Assembly (NCBI GenBank): GCA_020184695.1
Contig: JAANOX010000159.1
Coordinates: 1 to 64,000 of the forward strand
Source of the DNA: Histomonas meleagridis 2922-C6/04-290x
Taxonomy: Eukaryota > Protista > Parabasalia
Reading direction: 5' to 3'
Length of the DNA: 64,000 bases
The translations under genes were made by a program, and so were the position numbers. The notes under the pieces are model-generated. The model saw only the letters and a program-made list of their open reading frames with translations, was not told the DNA's origin and made no database searches. Position 1 is the stretch's first letter. Every line of letters starts with the position of its first letter. Positions 34,179 to 45,383 of the stretch are shown piece after piece.

Positions 34179-34188
34179 GGGGCGCCCC
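34179..34188. promoter_or_regulatory. GGGGCGCCCC palindrome, candidate promoter element (also 49655-49663, 63381-63389)
   Basis: Three copies of GGGCGCCC, each 30-120 nt upstream of an ATG in AT-rich DNA. Confidence 0.45.
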
Positions 34189-34286
34189 TGTAATGATGTG
34201 GGAAAAATAAGTCAAGAAACATAGGCTTTTGTTTATACTCAAAAATGAGATTAAGGCAACACCCAAACAGGGCTTACATTCCTTTT

Positions 34287-34589
34287 TCACAATTCTTTTG
34301 ATGTTTTCTTTATAATTTTCATCTGATGAAAGTGAAGTGTTATTTTTCTTTTAAATTTTTCTATAAGCACTCTCAAATTTTTTGTTTTTTTTGTTGTGTT
34401 TAAACCAAAACGAATGACTGAAATTCTGTCTTTGATCGTATTCTTGAATTCTTTCTTTTGTTGAAGCTGAAGTATTTCATACATCCGTCTAATAAATTTG
34501 GGAAAGTATGGATTAAACTCATCGATTTGTAGTGCATTTTGTTTATTAAATATTTTAAGCCATTCGGAAATCGAAATTGATTTGATCAT
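34287..34589 (-). pseudogene. Partial duplicate of the 3' end of gene 32105-34069
   Basis: SISEWLKIFN...FNPYFPKFIRRMYEILQLQQKKEFKNTIKD vs SISMWLQIFN...FNTYFPKFIKRLYETLQSQQKKDFKNAIKD. Confidence 0.8.
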
Positions 34590-34826
34590 TTCGTTGTATT
34601 GAACTAAATATATAAGTCATTGTTTTTCTTGAATCCATGTTTTGAGGAAATTGAATATTGCATTGAAAAATTGGTTTACAAAATATAAAAATCCGATACG
34701 ATCAATTTCTTTTGGAGCACACAAACATTTGTGCAAGACAAGTTTTGCAACATTTAACTTAGTTTTGTGTCTTGTTTTTTCATACACATGTAACAATCAT
34801 TATTATTTTATATTCAACGAATTAGT

Positions 34827-36163
34827 ATGATTTTTTTGATATTTTCTCTTTTTACATTTGAAATATTTGATGATGAAACAAAAACACTTACATTACAAAA
34901 ACCAGAAGAATTTGGTAATTTAAAAGAATATGAAAATGTAACAATATTTTTGATTATAGAGGGTGAAATTACGACAATACCAGAGTATACATTTTCAATT
35001 TGGATTAATTTAGCGTCTGTTAAAATTGGAAACTTAGTAACTTTAATTGGTAAGTCCGCATTTGCTAATTGCGAAAATTTACTAAATGTTACTTTTGGTG
35101 AAAATGTTAGGATAATTGAATAAGATGTTTTTTCTAATTGTACTAAATTATCAAATGTTATTTTTAATGAAAACCTGATTACAATCAGTAATCGCTCATT
35201 TTATCAATGTTCGTCACTAAATAGTATTAGTTTATCAAATTCGACAACTACTATTGGAGGATATGCATTTTATGCATGTGATAAACTTTCACACGTTATT
35301 TTGGGGAAAAATATAACTACAATTTGCACTCAAGCATTTTATAAATGCAAAAGTTTAACAGAGATTATTTTTAATGAAAATTTAATTGAAATTGACCGAT
35401 TTTCATTTGCTTCATGTAAATCACTTGAAAAAATCAAATTACCAAATTCACTTTCTTTAATGAAATTTGCCATTTTTCTTTTTGCACGAAATTAACAGAA
35501 GTAATTTTTGGAAATAAATTAACGAAAATTGATTGTCAAACCTTTAGCTATTGTTATTAACTTAAAAAGATCGAAATTCCAAATTCAGTAAAATATATCG
35601 ATGAAGAAGCTTTTATTTATTGCTATATATTATCTGTAGTTATTTTAAGTGAAAGTGTGGTTTCAATTGCTAAGAAAGCATTTAGTGAATGCACAAATCT
35701 AAATTGCCTTTATTATTATGGTCACTCAGAACATAATGTTAGTGATGATGCTTTTATGGATTCTCCTATCAAATATGTAATGACATTAGGTTCTTATAAT
35801 TCAACAAAATTTGGTAAATTTAATGTAACAAAAGGAACAACAATCGAAAATTGTAACCCATGGTCAACACATACATTTACACAATCGAACTCTTTTACAC
35901 AATCTAATACATTTACACAATTGAATACATTTACACAATCGAATACATTTACACAATCGAATACATAAACACAATCATATATACCCACAAAAGCACCCTC
36001 ATTTACTCAATCGAATACATCTTCTGTATCTTATACAAATTCTAATTCAATCACGAATTCAAATATTTCATCAAATTCATTTCCATCAATATCGAGTTCA
36101 AAAACTATAGCACTTGCTTTTGTTTTAAGTATTTCTTCTTTGCTAATATTGTTTTTGTTTTAA
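34827..36163 (+). pseudogene. BspA-like (TpLRR/LRR_5) surface protein gene with stops and frameshifts, TFTQSN stalk and C-terminal TM segment
   Basis: Repeats xIGxxAFxxCxxLxxVxF; stops at 35121 and 35966; ends KTIALAFVLSISSLLILFLF*. Confidence 0.85.
35873..35980 (+). repeat. 6 x 18-nt coding repeat (TFTQSN)
   Basis: acatttacacaatcgaat tandem units. Confidence 0.9.
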
Positions 36164-36250
36164 ATATCATTTATATTTTTGAATTCATATAAACATAATA
36201 ATATTCACTAATATCATTTCTAAAACATAAGTATAAGGTAGTAGAACACC

Positions 36251-37882
36251 AAAGATTTTTGAAAAAACCTACACCTACCTATTTACAAAAAGTGAATTAA
36301 ATTATTTTCTTATTTTCTATTTTTATATGAAATAATTATGTATTTTCTTTATAAATTATGAAAATTGTCAATAATATCTGATTATTCGAGTTAAAAAAGT
36401 TAAAATAAAGAATTAATTAAATTTGTCTATATTGACAAATCCAAATTCCCCTGAACTTTCATATTCAGGATTATCAATGAACCCATACTCATTTTTTATC
36501 TCATAAATTCTTCGTTGATTATTGCTCGTTCTGGGTCTGTGGAGAAATCAATATTAAAACCAGCAATTTCAAATGCTGAACGATTGTTTTCTGAAATCGT
36601 TGCTTTTTCAATTGACTTCAATGCCCTTGCAATTCGATCTATAATTGTTCCTTTATTATATTTTGATGTTACTCTCAGCATCTCTTTTTTGAAGACTCCG
36701 AACGTAACAAAATCTAACGGTTGAAAGATGTGTGATGAATGTGGAGGCATAGTAATCAGTCTAATAATTTTTAATATTATTTTCTGCGAGCTTTTGAAGC
36801 AACTTGTCATCAAGTTGTGATGTGCAATTGTCATAAAGTATAACTGCAGGTTCATTTTCATGTAATTCATTTTTTCTGATTTCTTTAACGTACTTCAGTA
36901 TAGCTTGATCAATGTATTTAGAAAATAAACTTCCATTGACATAAGATTTTGGTTGATATTCAAGAATAAGATCATCACCATCTCTTATACCGATACCCTG
37001 AATTTCTTTGTAAATTGTCTTTCTGTGGGTGATAAACATTTGTGTCAATGTGTCACCTGCCATAGAAATTGCACATATAATACTAATTCGTTTTTCTGAC
37101 CTTTCAACAGGATATTCGATCAGAGAATTCTTAGGAGTAATAGGGGCAATTACTTTTTTATTTTTTTTATCTGACAAATTTTTGGAATCCCACCTCATAG
37201 ATATAAAAAATCAATTCAGTTGGGACCCCTTCAACATACTTTTTTAAATTATCGATGTGAGTTTCTCCATCTTGTTTGATTAGATACATTCGTCCTTACT
37301 CCTGTGGGTATGTAGTTGTCATACAAATCATATCACTGTTTCGTTTTATGGAATGATTGTGCCATGATGGACTAACATCGGTGTATAAATTATTTGAAAT
37401 ATAATCATCTATATCTTTAGATGTCATGGGTTTGTGGACTTCTCATCTGAGAGAGAGAGAATTGTAAATATAAAACTAGTTCTTCTTTCTGGTCTTGTGT
37501 TAAATAAGATGGGTGAACTGGTTTATATTTTGTACTTTTTTATTTATCTTTCGATTTAAATTATCCCTGTCAATATTTAATAATTTAGCTAATGAACTGA
37601 TTGTAATGTCCATTGTGTCGGAATAACCAGTTTCGATAGATTTTCACTGCCTGGTTAACCAATGAATTATCGAAATCTTATTCGGAAAATTCTCGTAAAA
37701 TTGCTCGAGAATCTGTTTCTGATAAATACTCTGATAGGGTCTATTGTAGTTCCATTTTGGTCATTCCTGGTAATGGTCTTCCGTTTGTACGCTTCATTTT
37801 TTTGGAAAAAAATGGATCTAAACGGTCTTTAACGTACTTTAAACAGTCAAAAAAAGTGATGTAGCTTTATTCAAAAATCTTT
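36251..37882 (-). mobile_element. Decayed pogo/Tigger-type (DDE_1) transposon
   Basis: Fragments RISIICAISMAGD, SYVNGSLF, LYDNCTSQ, PPHSSHIFQPLDFVTFGVFK. Imperfect inverted ends 36251-36275 / 37858-37882 (22/25); many stops. Confidence 0.75.
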
Positions 37883-38618
37883 ATAAATCTTTTTGATAAT
37901 TTTTAAAATTATTAAGATAATTTAATTACTAATAATAAAACATAAAATTTAGTATATCATCAAGTAGGAAATGAGAATTACAATCATAAGAAAAACAATA
38001 ATCTTCCTTTGATTAGGATAGAATTTTAAAAAATAAAAAATTACTTTACTGGTATTCATCCATAACTATCTCTGCTATGATTATCTCCACAGTTATTATA
38101 CCTATTATATCCATAATCATTATCATTGTCGAGGAGCTGGATATTCGTCAGCCGCTATTCACCAATTAATATATTATGTTATTTCTGTATACAGAAGGCA
38201 GCAGTCTTAAATCTCCTTCATCTTGAAAAACAATAACGAACATACTGGAAATGTTTCAACTGGTTTAAGGTTAAGATCACCAAGTATAAACTTTACATCA
38301 CTTTCTTTGATTTGTGTATTTCCTTTAGTTGCAAGAATACCTAAAATTGATTTGATTTATCTTTTGTTTGCTTTAAATTTTAATTCGCACTTCATCACTT
38401 TTCAGACATCGCTTATGTTTAGATTTCAAATCGAAAAATATTAAGAACCAAAGCATCAGAGGTTACAACTATTTCAGGAAAAGATGTTGGCATTTAAAAT
38501 TTTTTGATATCAAATCAGAAGGAAAATTCGAAAAAAATTTCAATACAAAAAAACGTTTTTTTTGACTGGATCCAGTCAATTTCCCTGATAAACTATTGAA
38601 TTTTCTGTTTTGAAGAAA

Positions 38619-41120
38619 TTACAATGGTTTATTCTTATTGATATTTTTATCGTTGCTTTTTTGAATTGATAACCGAAGAATTTCTGAATATTCGTTTGAA
38701 TTATCTTTTGAGTAGTTTATTGCTTCTTGGAGCGTGTTTTCTCCAATCGATAAAACTGAAGAAACTTTGTTTTCATCTTTAATGACGAGAAATATTGCTA
38801 AAGAAAGAGTATCAAAAGATGTCATTTGAAAAGCACTAGCAAAGAAATTTAATATTGTTCGTATATTATCGACATTTTCCCATTCTTTGTATTCCGTATC
38901 AAATAATTTTATTGCTTCGCTTAAATCATATTTAGCTATTGGTGAACTTCCTGGAAAATATGAAAAGAAATTAATTGATTTATTGTAAGATAAAACAAAT
39001 CCTTTTATCAGTTGTTTTTCTTGGATTGATGCCTTTATAAACTCTTCTCCATCAACAGATTCAGGCGAATTTTCTATTAAATTGGTAAATGCATTACAAT
39101 TCATTTTTAATAAAATATTTGTTTTCATTTTTTGTGGAATTAATGGAAATATTTTATTCCAATCAATTAACAAATCATTAAAGAATATTTTTAAATGTTC
39201 GTTTATAAGATTTGGTAAAACTTTTTCGAAGATTAAAACTATTAGATTTAATTGAACATTTTCTTCAAGAAAGTTCATAAAAACTTGTGGATCAGAATAT
39301 ATAAATGATAATTGAAATGTTTCACATAAAAGATAAAGAAAATATTCTTTTTTCTGATATGATTTCATTAATAAATTTAAAGTTTGTTTTTGATCTAATG
39401 ATTTTAATAAAAAATATCCACCAAAGTGATTTTGATTTAAAGCAAATTTGCCGAATTCTGATTCATTTTGATGACTAAAAATGATATTTCCGTCTGAAAG
39501 TAGACCGTTACATTGAATTTTAAGTATCGTTTTATGTAAACTAATGAAAATAAATCCATCAGATTTCATGAAGATAAATGGAGGCGAATCAATTTGGAAT
39601 GCATATTTAACATCGTTACAAATGTTTTGGTTTAATGCAGGTGTTATTAAATCCCCATTATCACAATATAAAGCAGGCAAATCTTTATCAAACAAAAAAG
39701 CGTTTTGTATTTTTTCATGTGTTTTTTCATGGTTAAATACAATATAATATTTCCCACATTTTAATAAATCAGGAAGAATTTCTTTTGGTATTAATTTAGT
39801 TATTGAATAATGATAAGAATCAGATGTAATCATTTGATTATCATAAACTGAAATAGTATTTGGGAAATAAGGGAAATGTGTTGTTAACATTAAATCTAAA
39901 TTATTGATATCAAATATTGTAAGTTTCGCTTTATGATTATTATCTTTAGAAAAAACAACAACAAATTCATTTAATATACAAATATTTTGTACTTTAATTT
40001 CTTTAATAGCGGATGTTTTTCCATCCTTATATATAACTATAAAGTTATTTGGCGTTGATATTACTGTAATTTTCAAATTAGAGTTATGCGCAATGTTTGT
40101 AATTGGATAAAACTTTCCTTTAGAATTAAATATTGTTTTGGAATAAAATGCATCTATAACTTGATGTGATGTATATATAAAATGTGATTTGATTTGCGAT
40201 ATTCCTATAAATCGTATTGAACTTTGATCTCGATATATAATTCGATTTGTAAATGGTTCATAACAAAATGAAAATCCTTTTTGAGCATTCGAATTTGTTA
40301 CTTTATAGATTGAGTTATTATCGTAATATGTAATTATTTCTCCTGATTCATTTATAACTATTAAGAATTCTTGATCAGAAATCCATACCATAAACATTAT
40401 TGATTTGTTTTGTGTTGGTTTGCATAATTCATAAGGTGCAATTTTCTTTGGACTACAATTTATTAAAATTGCTGAACTATCTTCTTTTCCAACACAAAGA
40501 AGATGTCTCCTTGAACTATATGATAATTTACATGCATTACTAAGAGGAATACATTTAATTAAAGGCTTGAAATTCCGTTGAAATGAATCAAAGTCCAAAG
40601 AAAGAAAATATGGCTTATCATTAATTATGCATGATATAGTAGAAGGTGCAGAAAATGTTGCGCAACGAATAACTGATGGTTCATCAAAAATTTTGGTATG
40701 GTATTTGACACTTCCATCTGGAGAAATAAAAAATATCTCTGAATTTGTGGTACACAAACCAATATGATTAAAGGCGACAAATGTGGAGGAAACAATACGT
40801 GAAATGTTGGTTTCATGGATTTTATCTATTTCAAATTTATCATTGATTTTTGTAGTAAATATGATTCCAGATGCTGTTCCAAATGCAATATTTTCTTGAT
40901 CAAACCATTGGACCCATGCATTTGGACCAAATTCATGTAATGATTCTTGTGTTTTTTTAATTTCTGTAATTTGTTTTAATGAATATGATAAAGAATCACG
41001 AAATAATACAGAATCGCAAGTTAAACATGCTAAAATTGGAATGCAAGGATTTGGGGCAAATGAAATAACTTGGGTGTTTTTTTCAATTTCGAAATCTTCG
41101 AATGGGAAAATTCCGCTCAT
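38619..41120 (-). CDS. RIC1: Divergent RIC1-like (RAB6/Ypt6 GEF subunit) beta-propeller protein
   Basis: SLHEFGPNAWVQWFDQENIAFGTASGIIF resembles the RIC1 N-terminal [27 protein letters not shown] (recalled). Architecture is propeller plus helical tail; first ATG at 41120. Confidence 0.55.
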   Translation of the reverse strand: MSGIFPFEDFEIEKNTQVISFAPNPCIPILACLTCDSVLFRDSLSYSLKQITEIKKTQESLHEFGPNAWVQWFDQENIAFGTASGIIFTTKINDKFEIDKIHETNISRIVSSTFVAFNHIGLCTTNSEIFFISPDGSVKYHTKIFDEPSVIRCATFSAPSTISCIINDKPYFLSLDFDSFQRNFKPLIKCIPLSNACKLSYSSRRHLLCVGKEDSSAILINCSPKKIAPYELCKPTQNKSIMFMVWISDQEFLIVINESGEIITYYDNNSIYKVTNSNAQKGFSFCYEPFTNRIIYRDQSSIRFIGISQIKSHFIYTSHQVIDAFYSKTIFNSKGKFYPITNIAHNSNLKITVISTPNNFIVIYKDGKTSAIKEIKVQNICILNEFVVVFSKDNNHKAKLTIFDINNLDLMLTTHFPYFPNTISVYDNQMITSDSYHYSITKLIPKEILPDLLKCGKYYIVFNHEKTHEKIQNAFLFDKDLPALYCDNGDLITPALNQNICNDVKYAFQIDSPPFIFMKSDGFIFISLHKTILKIQCNGLLSDGNIIFSHQNESEFGKFALNQNHFGGYFLLKSLDQKQTLNLLMKSYQKKEYFLYLLCETFQLSFIYSDPQVFMNFLEENVQLNLIVLIFEKVLPNLINEHLKIFFNDLLIDWNKIFPLIPQKMKTNILLKMNCNAFTNLIENSPESVDGEEFIKASIQEKQLIKGFVLSYNKSINFFSYFPGSSPIAKYDLSEAIKLFDTEYKEWENVDNIRTILNFFASAFQMTSFDTLSLAIFLVIKDENKVSSVLSIGENTLQEAINYSKDNSNEYSEILRLSIQKSNDKNINKNKPL

Positions 41121-41151
41121 TCGGATTTCGATTGTATCGTCTGCGACCACT

Positions 41152-41159
41152 GTCACTTT
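41152..41159 (-). promoter_or_regulatory. AAAGTGAC (T. vaginalis M2-like motif) ~35 nt upstream of the RIC1-like ATG; another copy at ~12920 upstream of locus 3
   Basis: Exact match to the recalled motif consensus and a promoter-proximal position. Confidence 0.4.
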
Positions 41160-41191
41160 TTAAATAAAACATTTTTAACAAAAAATCGCTT

Positions 41192-42067
41192 TTATTCTTC
41201 GACTTGATTTTCTTCTTCATCTTTTGGTTCTTCTTGATCCTTTCCCAAAAGATGTTCAATTATTCTTTGCCTTTGATTATTTATAATGTTCATTAAATAA
41301 TCAACATTTTCTCTAAATTTCCTATCTTCTTTTTCCAATTTTTTGTTCAAATCATGAATTTCGTCTTGTAATTTCTCTTCACTTTCTTTAGCTTGTTCAA
41401 TAGTATCTTTTGGATCAACTTTGTTTTTTCTATTTTGAATTATTTGTTTTTCAATTTCCAATTTTCTAACTTTTTGTTGATATGCATTCCACTTATCTCG
41501 AAGCGAATTGTTTGTATCTTTGTTTCGCTTGATAATAGTGGAAAGTTGTGAAGCATAATTTTTAGATGCTCGATTATCAATTTCTTTAAATCTTTCTCTG
41601 CAGTCTTTTGTATTTCCTTTCTCATACTGAATTTCATTTTGGATCCTGTCATATTCGCAGTAGCTTATTTTGATCTCTTCTTCCATTTCTTGGTAAAAAG
41701 CAGTTCTATCATCTATTTCTGCTTCTCCAATTTCTTCTTGAAGATTTGACAATGTATTTCTTGCACTTTCGACACTTCTATGTAATTGTGCAACTCTTGA
41801 TTTACTTGTTGAATTAGTTTTAATTTTGTTAGGTTTAGAAGTAGAATCAATAGCTTCATTTTTTAAAGAAATTTTGTCTTTTAATCTACTTCGTTGTGTT
41901 TTTAAAAGTTTTATTTGGTTTTGATTTTGTAATGTTTTCATTCTTAATTCATGAATGTCAGCTGGATGAACTTCTTTTTGAGGACTTCGCCCTTTTGTTG
42001 TAGTTATAGGTCTTGTTGTTGTGGTATTAATTCTTCCCTTTTTAGGGCTCGAAGGTTTGTTGTTCAT
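41192..42067 (-). CDS. Coiled-coil hypothetical protein
   Basis: 291-aa ORF, K/E/Q-rich heptads. Confidence 0.75.
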   Translation of the reverse strand: MNNKPSSPKKGRINTTTTRPITTTKGRSPQKEVHPADIHELRMKTLQNQNQIKLLKTQRSRLKDKISLKNEAIDSTSKPNKIKTNSTSKSRVAQLHRSVESARNTLSNLQEEIGEAEIDDRTAFYQEMEEEIKISYCEYDRIQNEIQYEKGNTKDCRERFKEIDNRASKNYASQLSTIIKRNKDTNNSLRDKWNAYQQKVRKLEIEKQIIQNRKNKVDPKDTIEQAKESEEKLQDEIHDLNKKLEKEDRKFRENVDYLMNIINNQRQRIIEHLLGKDQEEPKDEEENQVEE

Positions 42068-42144
42068 CTGGGTATTTCTTTTAAATAACGTTTTTTTTTA
42101 GTTGTGTCAATTAATTTGAATGTAAATTAATATGCCAATTTTGG

Positions 42145-43707
42145 ATGAGCTGGGTTCCAATAGAAATCACCAGAAAAATATGTGTTTGCCCAGAAGATGG
42201 AATCAAAAAATTCTTCCAAAAGCCACAAATTTTAGAGGCTAATTATGTTATTCAGTCAGATGGTATTCAAATTACAATTAACAAAAAAACTACTTTTTAT
42301 TCATTTTCTCAACATTTAAAAATTAGACCAACTGAATTTGATGTATCCAGCTCAGGAGGGTATTTATTTATTTTAATAGAAGGTGAAGTTTGTTTAATTT
42401 ATATATCAGCACAAAATACAGATTTTTCATATCCATTTCCAAATCATCACATTAATCACTCTTGTTTTTTTGAAATGGGACAAATTACATTTCTAGCATC
42501 ATCCACTAATGATGGTCATATAATATTTTTAAATACAGACACTCGTAAAACAGAAATCATGAAATTTAGTTATCAGATTACTTTCTTTCGTATTGATTCC
42601 TCAGAAGACAAACAAATTTTATTAATTGAAAATGGGTTTGATGTTCCACAAAGTTATGAATTACAATTTTGTAGTAACGAAATCCATGCCATTCAAATCC
42701 AAACTGAAATACCTAATAACTGGGAAGTCTATATTACCAAAGGGAGTTCAAATTTCATCATCAAATCTGACGGTTTTTGGCATGATGAAACCTTTCGTCA
42801 ATTTAATCAGAAACTTAAAGAAGAGCCCACAGCAGCACATTTTTCTGTGTCAGGGAGTTTCTTATGTCTCATTTTTTCGCAAAATAAAGAAATGCATTTA
42901 TTCACGATTACACAAAACCAAATATTTGATGACGTAATCACGTACTCTGATCGCTATTTTCTTGATTCCTATTTCATGAATGATGAAACGCAAATTATTT
43001 GTATGACCAATATGAACGAATTAATATTTTATTCCGTTTTACCACTAAAACTTTTACAAATTTTTGTGTTTAACATTGAATATCCATCGAAACGATTTTT
43101 TATTGATGAAAACGAGAGTAATATTTTGATTGTTGATGATAAATCGAATTCGCATTATTATTATTTACCGGAAGTAAATGGATATGAAGCGAATGTTCCA
43201 ATTGTTTTAGAAGAATTTCAAGAAGAAGAAAAAGAAAATGAAATTGATGGAAATGAAGAAGACGAAAACATTAAAACGAAATCCGAAATAAAATCAGTTG
43301 AAACAATCGAAAACGCAATTGATTATTATGAAGAAAACTTAGAAATGTTAAAACAACGAAAGGAATCTTTGGACGAACGTAAGGAAATATTTATGAAAAG
43401 ATATAAATCATTAAAAATGAAAAACAAAAAATTAAATGAGAAATCGTTGGAACTACAAAAAATGTATCATTTGCTTTTCGTGAGAATAAATAAATTGATG
43501 GAATTGGTCGATCGTGCAGACGACGCGAAAATTATGCGAATGAATTTATGCGCGTGCATGAAAAATGTGGAAAATTTGAAGTTCCCAAAAATGGAATTTA
43601 ATGCGTGCGTGGACGTAAGTAAATTTAGAGAAAAGAATTTCGTGGAAAGAATTGAAAAGGTTAAAACAAATATTGAAAAGTTGGAAATGATGAACGAATC
43701 AAAATAA
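42145..43707 (+). CDS. Beta-propeller + C-terminal coiled-coil protein (Nup88-like architecture, unconfirmed)
   Basis: Beta-strand-rich N-terminal ~350 aa, acidic linker, coiled-coil tail. Confidence 0.65.
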   Translation: MSWVPIEITRKICVCPEDGIKKFFQKPQILEANYVIQSDGIQITINKKTTFYSFSQHLKIRPTEFDVSSSGGYLFILIEGEVCLIYISAQNTDFSYPFPNHHINHSCFFEMGQITFLASSTNDGHIIFLNTDTRKTEIMKFSYQITFFRIDSSEDKQILLIENGFDVPQSYELQFCSNEIHAIQIQTEIPNNWEVYITKGSSNFIIKSDGFWHDETFRQFNQKLKEEPTAAHFSVSGSFLCLIFSQNKEMHLFTITQNQIFDDVITYSDRYFLDSYFMNDETQIICMTNMNELIFYSVLPLKLLQIFVFNIEYPSKRFFIDENESNILIVDDKSNSHYYYLPEVNGYEANVPIVLEEFQEEEKENEIDGNEEDENIKTKSEIKSVETIENAIDYYEENLEMLKQRKESLDERKEIFMKRYKSLKMKNKKLNEKSLELQKMYHLLFVRINKLMELVDRADDAKIMRMNLCACMKNVENLKFPKMEFNACVDVSKFREKNFVERIEKVKTNIEKLEMMNESK

Positions 43708-43885
43708 TGTTTGTAAATACATTTTATAAAGAATATATAAAATTTGATATGTTGTGTGAAAAGAAAAAAAAAATAGTTTTAAAATGATTTTAAAAGATAA
43801 AAACTTGAAAAATTTATCGAAATAACAATGAAACGATCGTTTGGAATTCAAAAATAGCGGTTTTAAGAAGGTTTTATTTTGCTCT

Positions 43886-44455
43886 TTATAACTGTTCATA
43901 AAGAAGTGGTATAATCGCATCAGGATCGCATGGCCTGCCGTAGTTTTTTTTATGACCGACAAAGTATTCATACATAATGTTACGAAGTTTCATTGGATAT
44001 TTAAGTTCTGGTCTCATTAATCTTTTTATCATTGGTTGAGATTCATATATTTTTTTCAATTCATTACAATCATTCATAAAGTGCTCATGGTTGTATTCGT
44101 CAATTGCTTTGGAAAAGAAGCAAAGTGCAAGTGTAAGATATGAAACTTTAAAATCAGATCCATATGGACACCTCTGTGGATGCTGTGAAATAAATGTTAC
44201 GGCTTTATCTATTTCATCAATTGGAATTAGTTCATTTTTGAAAACAGTAAAAAGAAGCTTGAAATGCCAGAAGTTAAGGTTACTTCCAGAGAGAACTTGA
44301 CTGCAAAGTATCGAGGCAAGATTTTTCCCATTAGGGCCTGAGAATTCTGGGATTGCTGATTCAATTATTGGATCAAAATTATTTTTAGAGAGAGGAAGCT
44401 TTTGGAGAAGGCTTTGAATGAACTCATCTGGTGTTTGATTATTTGAAGTGTTCAT
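43886..44455 (-). CDS. Helical hypothetical protein
   Basis: Open frame from ATG 44455; no family recognised. Confidence 0.65.
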   Translation of the reverse strand: MNTSNNQTPDEFIQSLLQKLPLSKNNFDPIIESAIPEFSGPNGKNLASILCSQVLSGSNLNFWHFKLLFTVFKNELIPIDEIDKAVTFISQHPQRCPYGSDFKVSYLTLALCFFSKAIDEYNHEHFMNDCNELKKIYESQPMIKRLMRPELKYPMKLRNIMYEYFVGHKKNYGRPCDPDAIIPLLYEQL

Positions 44456-44608
44456 GTTGAAAAGCAATAATATATTAAAAATGTGATTAAAATTTTCTGA
44501 CAAGTTTTCAATTAACCGTAGTAATGACGGTTTATCTCAAAGTTTCTATCGTTTCTTGATTTCTTTTAAAGATATTTTTCACAGCATCAAGAAATAAAAA
44601 TAATGAAA

Positions 44609-45055
44609 TTAAGTAGCTTTTTTATTGTTGTTGTTCTCCTCTTCGGGATCTTTAAATTCCCATAAATATATGCTTTTGGCAAGATTCGAATAATTATCAC
44701 CAGCTCTTCTAAACACACCTTTCTTTACGAGAGCAAAATGTCCTGTTGCATCACTAAATCCGCAGTCTTCAAAATAAACTATTCCTCTTGTAGTTTTTGT
44801 AATAGCAAGAATTTTCTTTGGTGCAGAAATTTTCTGTGTTAAATAAGCTTTCATTGTAGCACAACGAATGATATATCGCTTTCCATTTTTATCTTTAAAA
44901 TCACTTGTTTGAGTAATCGTGTGTCCTCCAGACATAAGTGCATGTGAAAGTCGTACACAACAAAAGTTTGTTAATGATGTAAGGTTTCCTCCAAGTGTTG
45001 TACCTGGATTATCATCATCGTAAATAGTATCAGCCCACATCTTGTCAAAATCCAT
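44609..45055 (-). CDS. Tae4-like (type VI secretion amidase effector 4 family) peptidoglycan amidase
   Basis: NFCCVRLSHAL (NxCAxRxS motif), GKRYIIR, GIVYFEDCGFSDATGHFAL; catalytic Cys and His present. Confidence 0.85.
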   Translation of the reverse strand: MDFDKMWADTIYDDDNPGTTLGGNLTSLTNFCCVRLSHALMSGGHTITQTSDFKDKNGKRYIIRCATMKAYLTQKISAPKKILAITKTTRGIVYFEDCGFSDATGHFALVKKGVFRRAGDNYSNLAKSIYLWEFKDPEEENNNNKKAT

Positions 45056-45383
45056 CTTGTTCGAAAATGAAATGATGTGATTTTTTGCCATGTTAAGAAA
45101 AAGTTTTGTTTTAATTTTTGCCTACACTTTTTTGAAGGGAGAAATTCCATAAGTAATTTATCATATGACAATTAGGTATTATTCATTTATTCGCCATTTG
45201 TCAGAGACAAGAGTATTAATATAAAATAATACCAAAATCTATTTCGAGAAAGTTTATCATAACATTATTTTTTTATCAAAATAATTTTTTATGTAAAAGA
45301 AAATAAAGACTTCAGTAGAAAAAACTCATTCCCTCAACCTGTTGTTTTTTGAGGAAAAAATGCAGGTGTAAAACACTTTTCAT

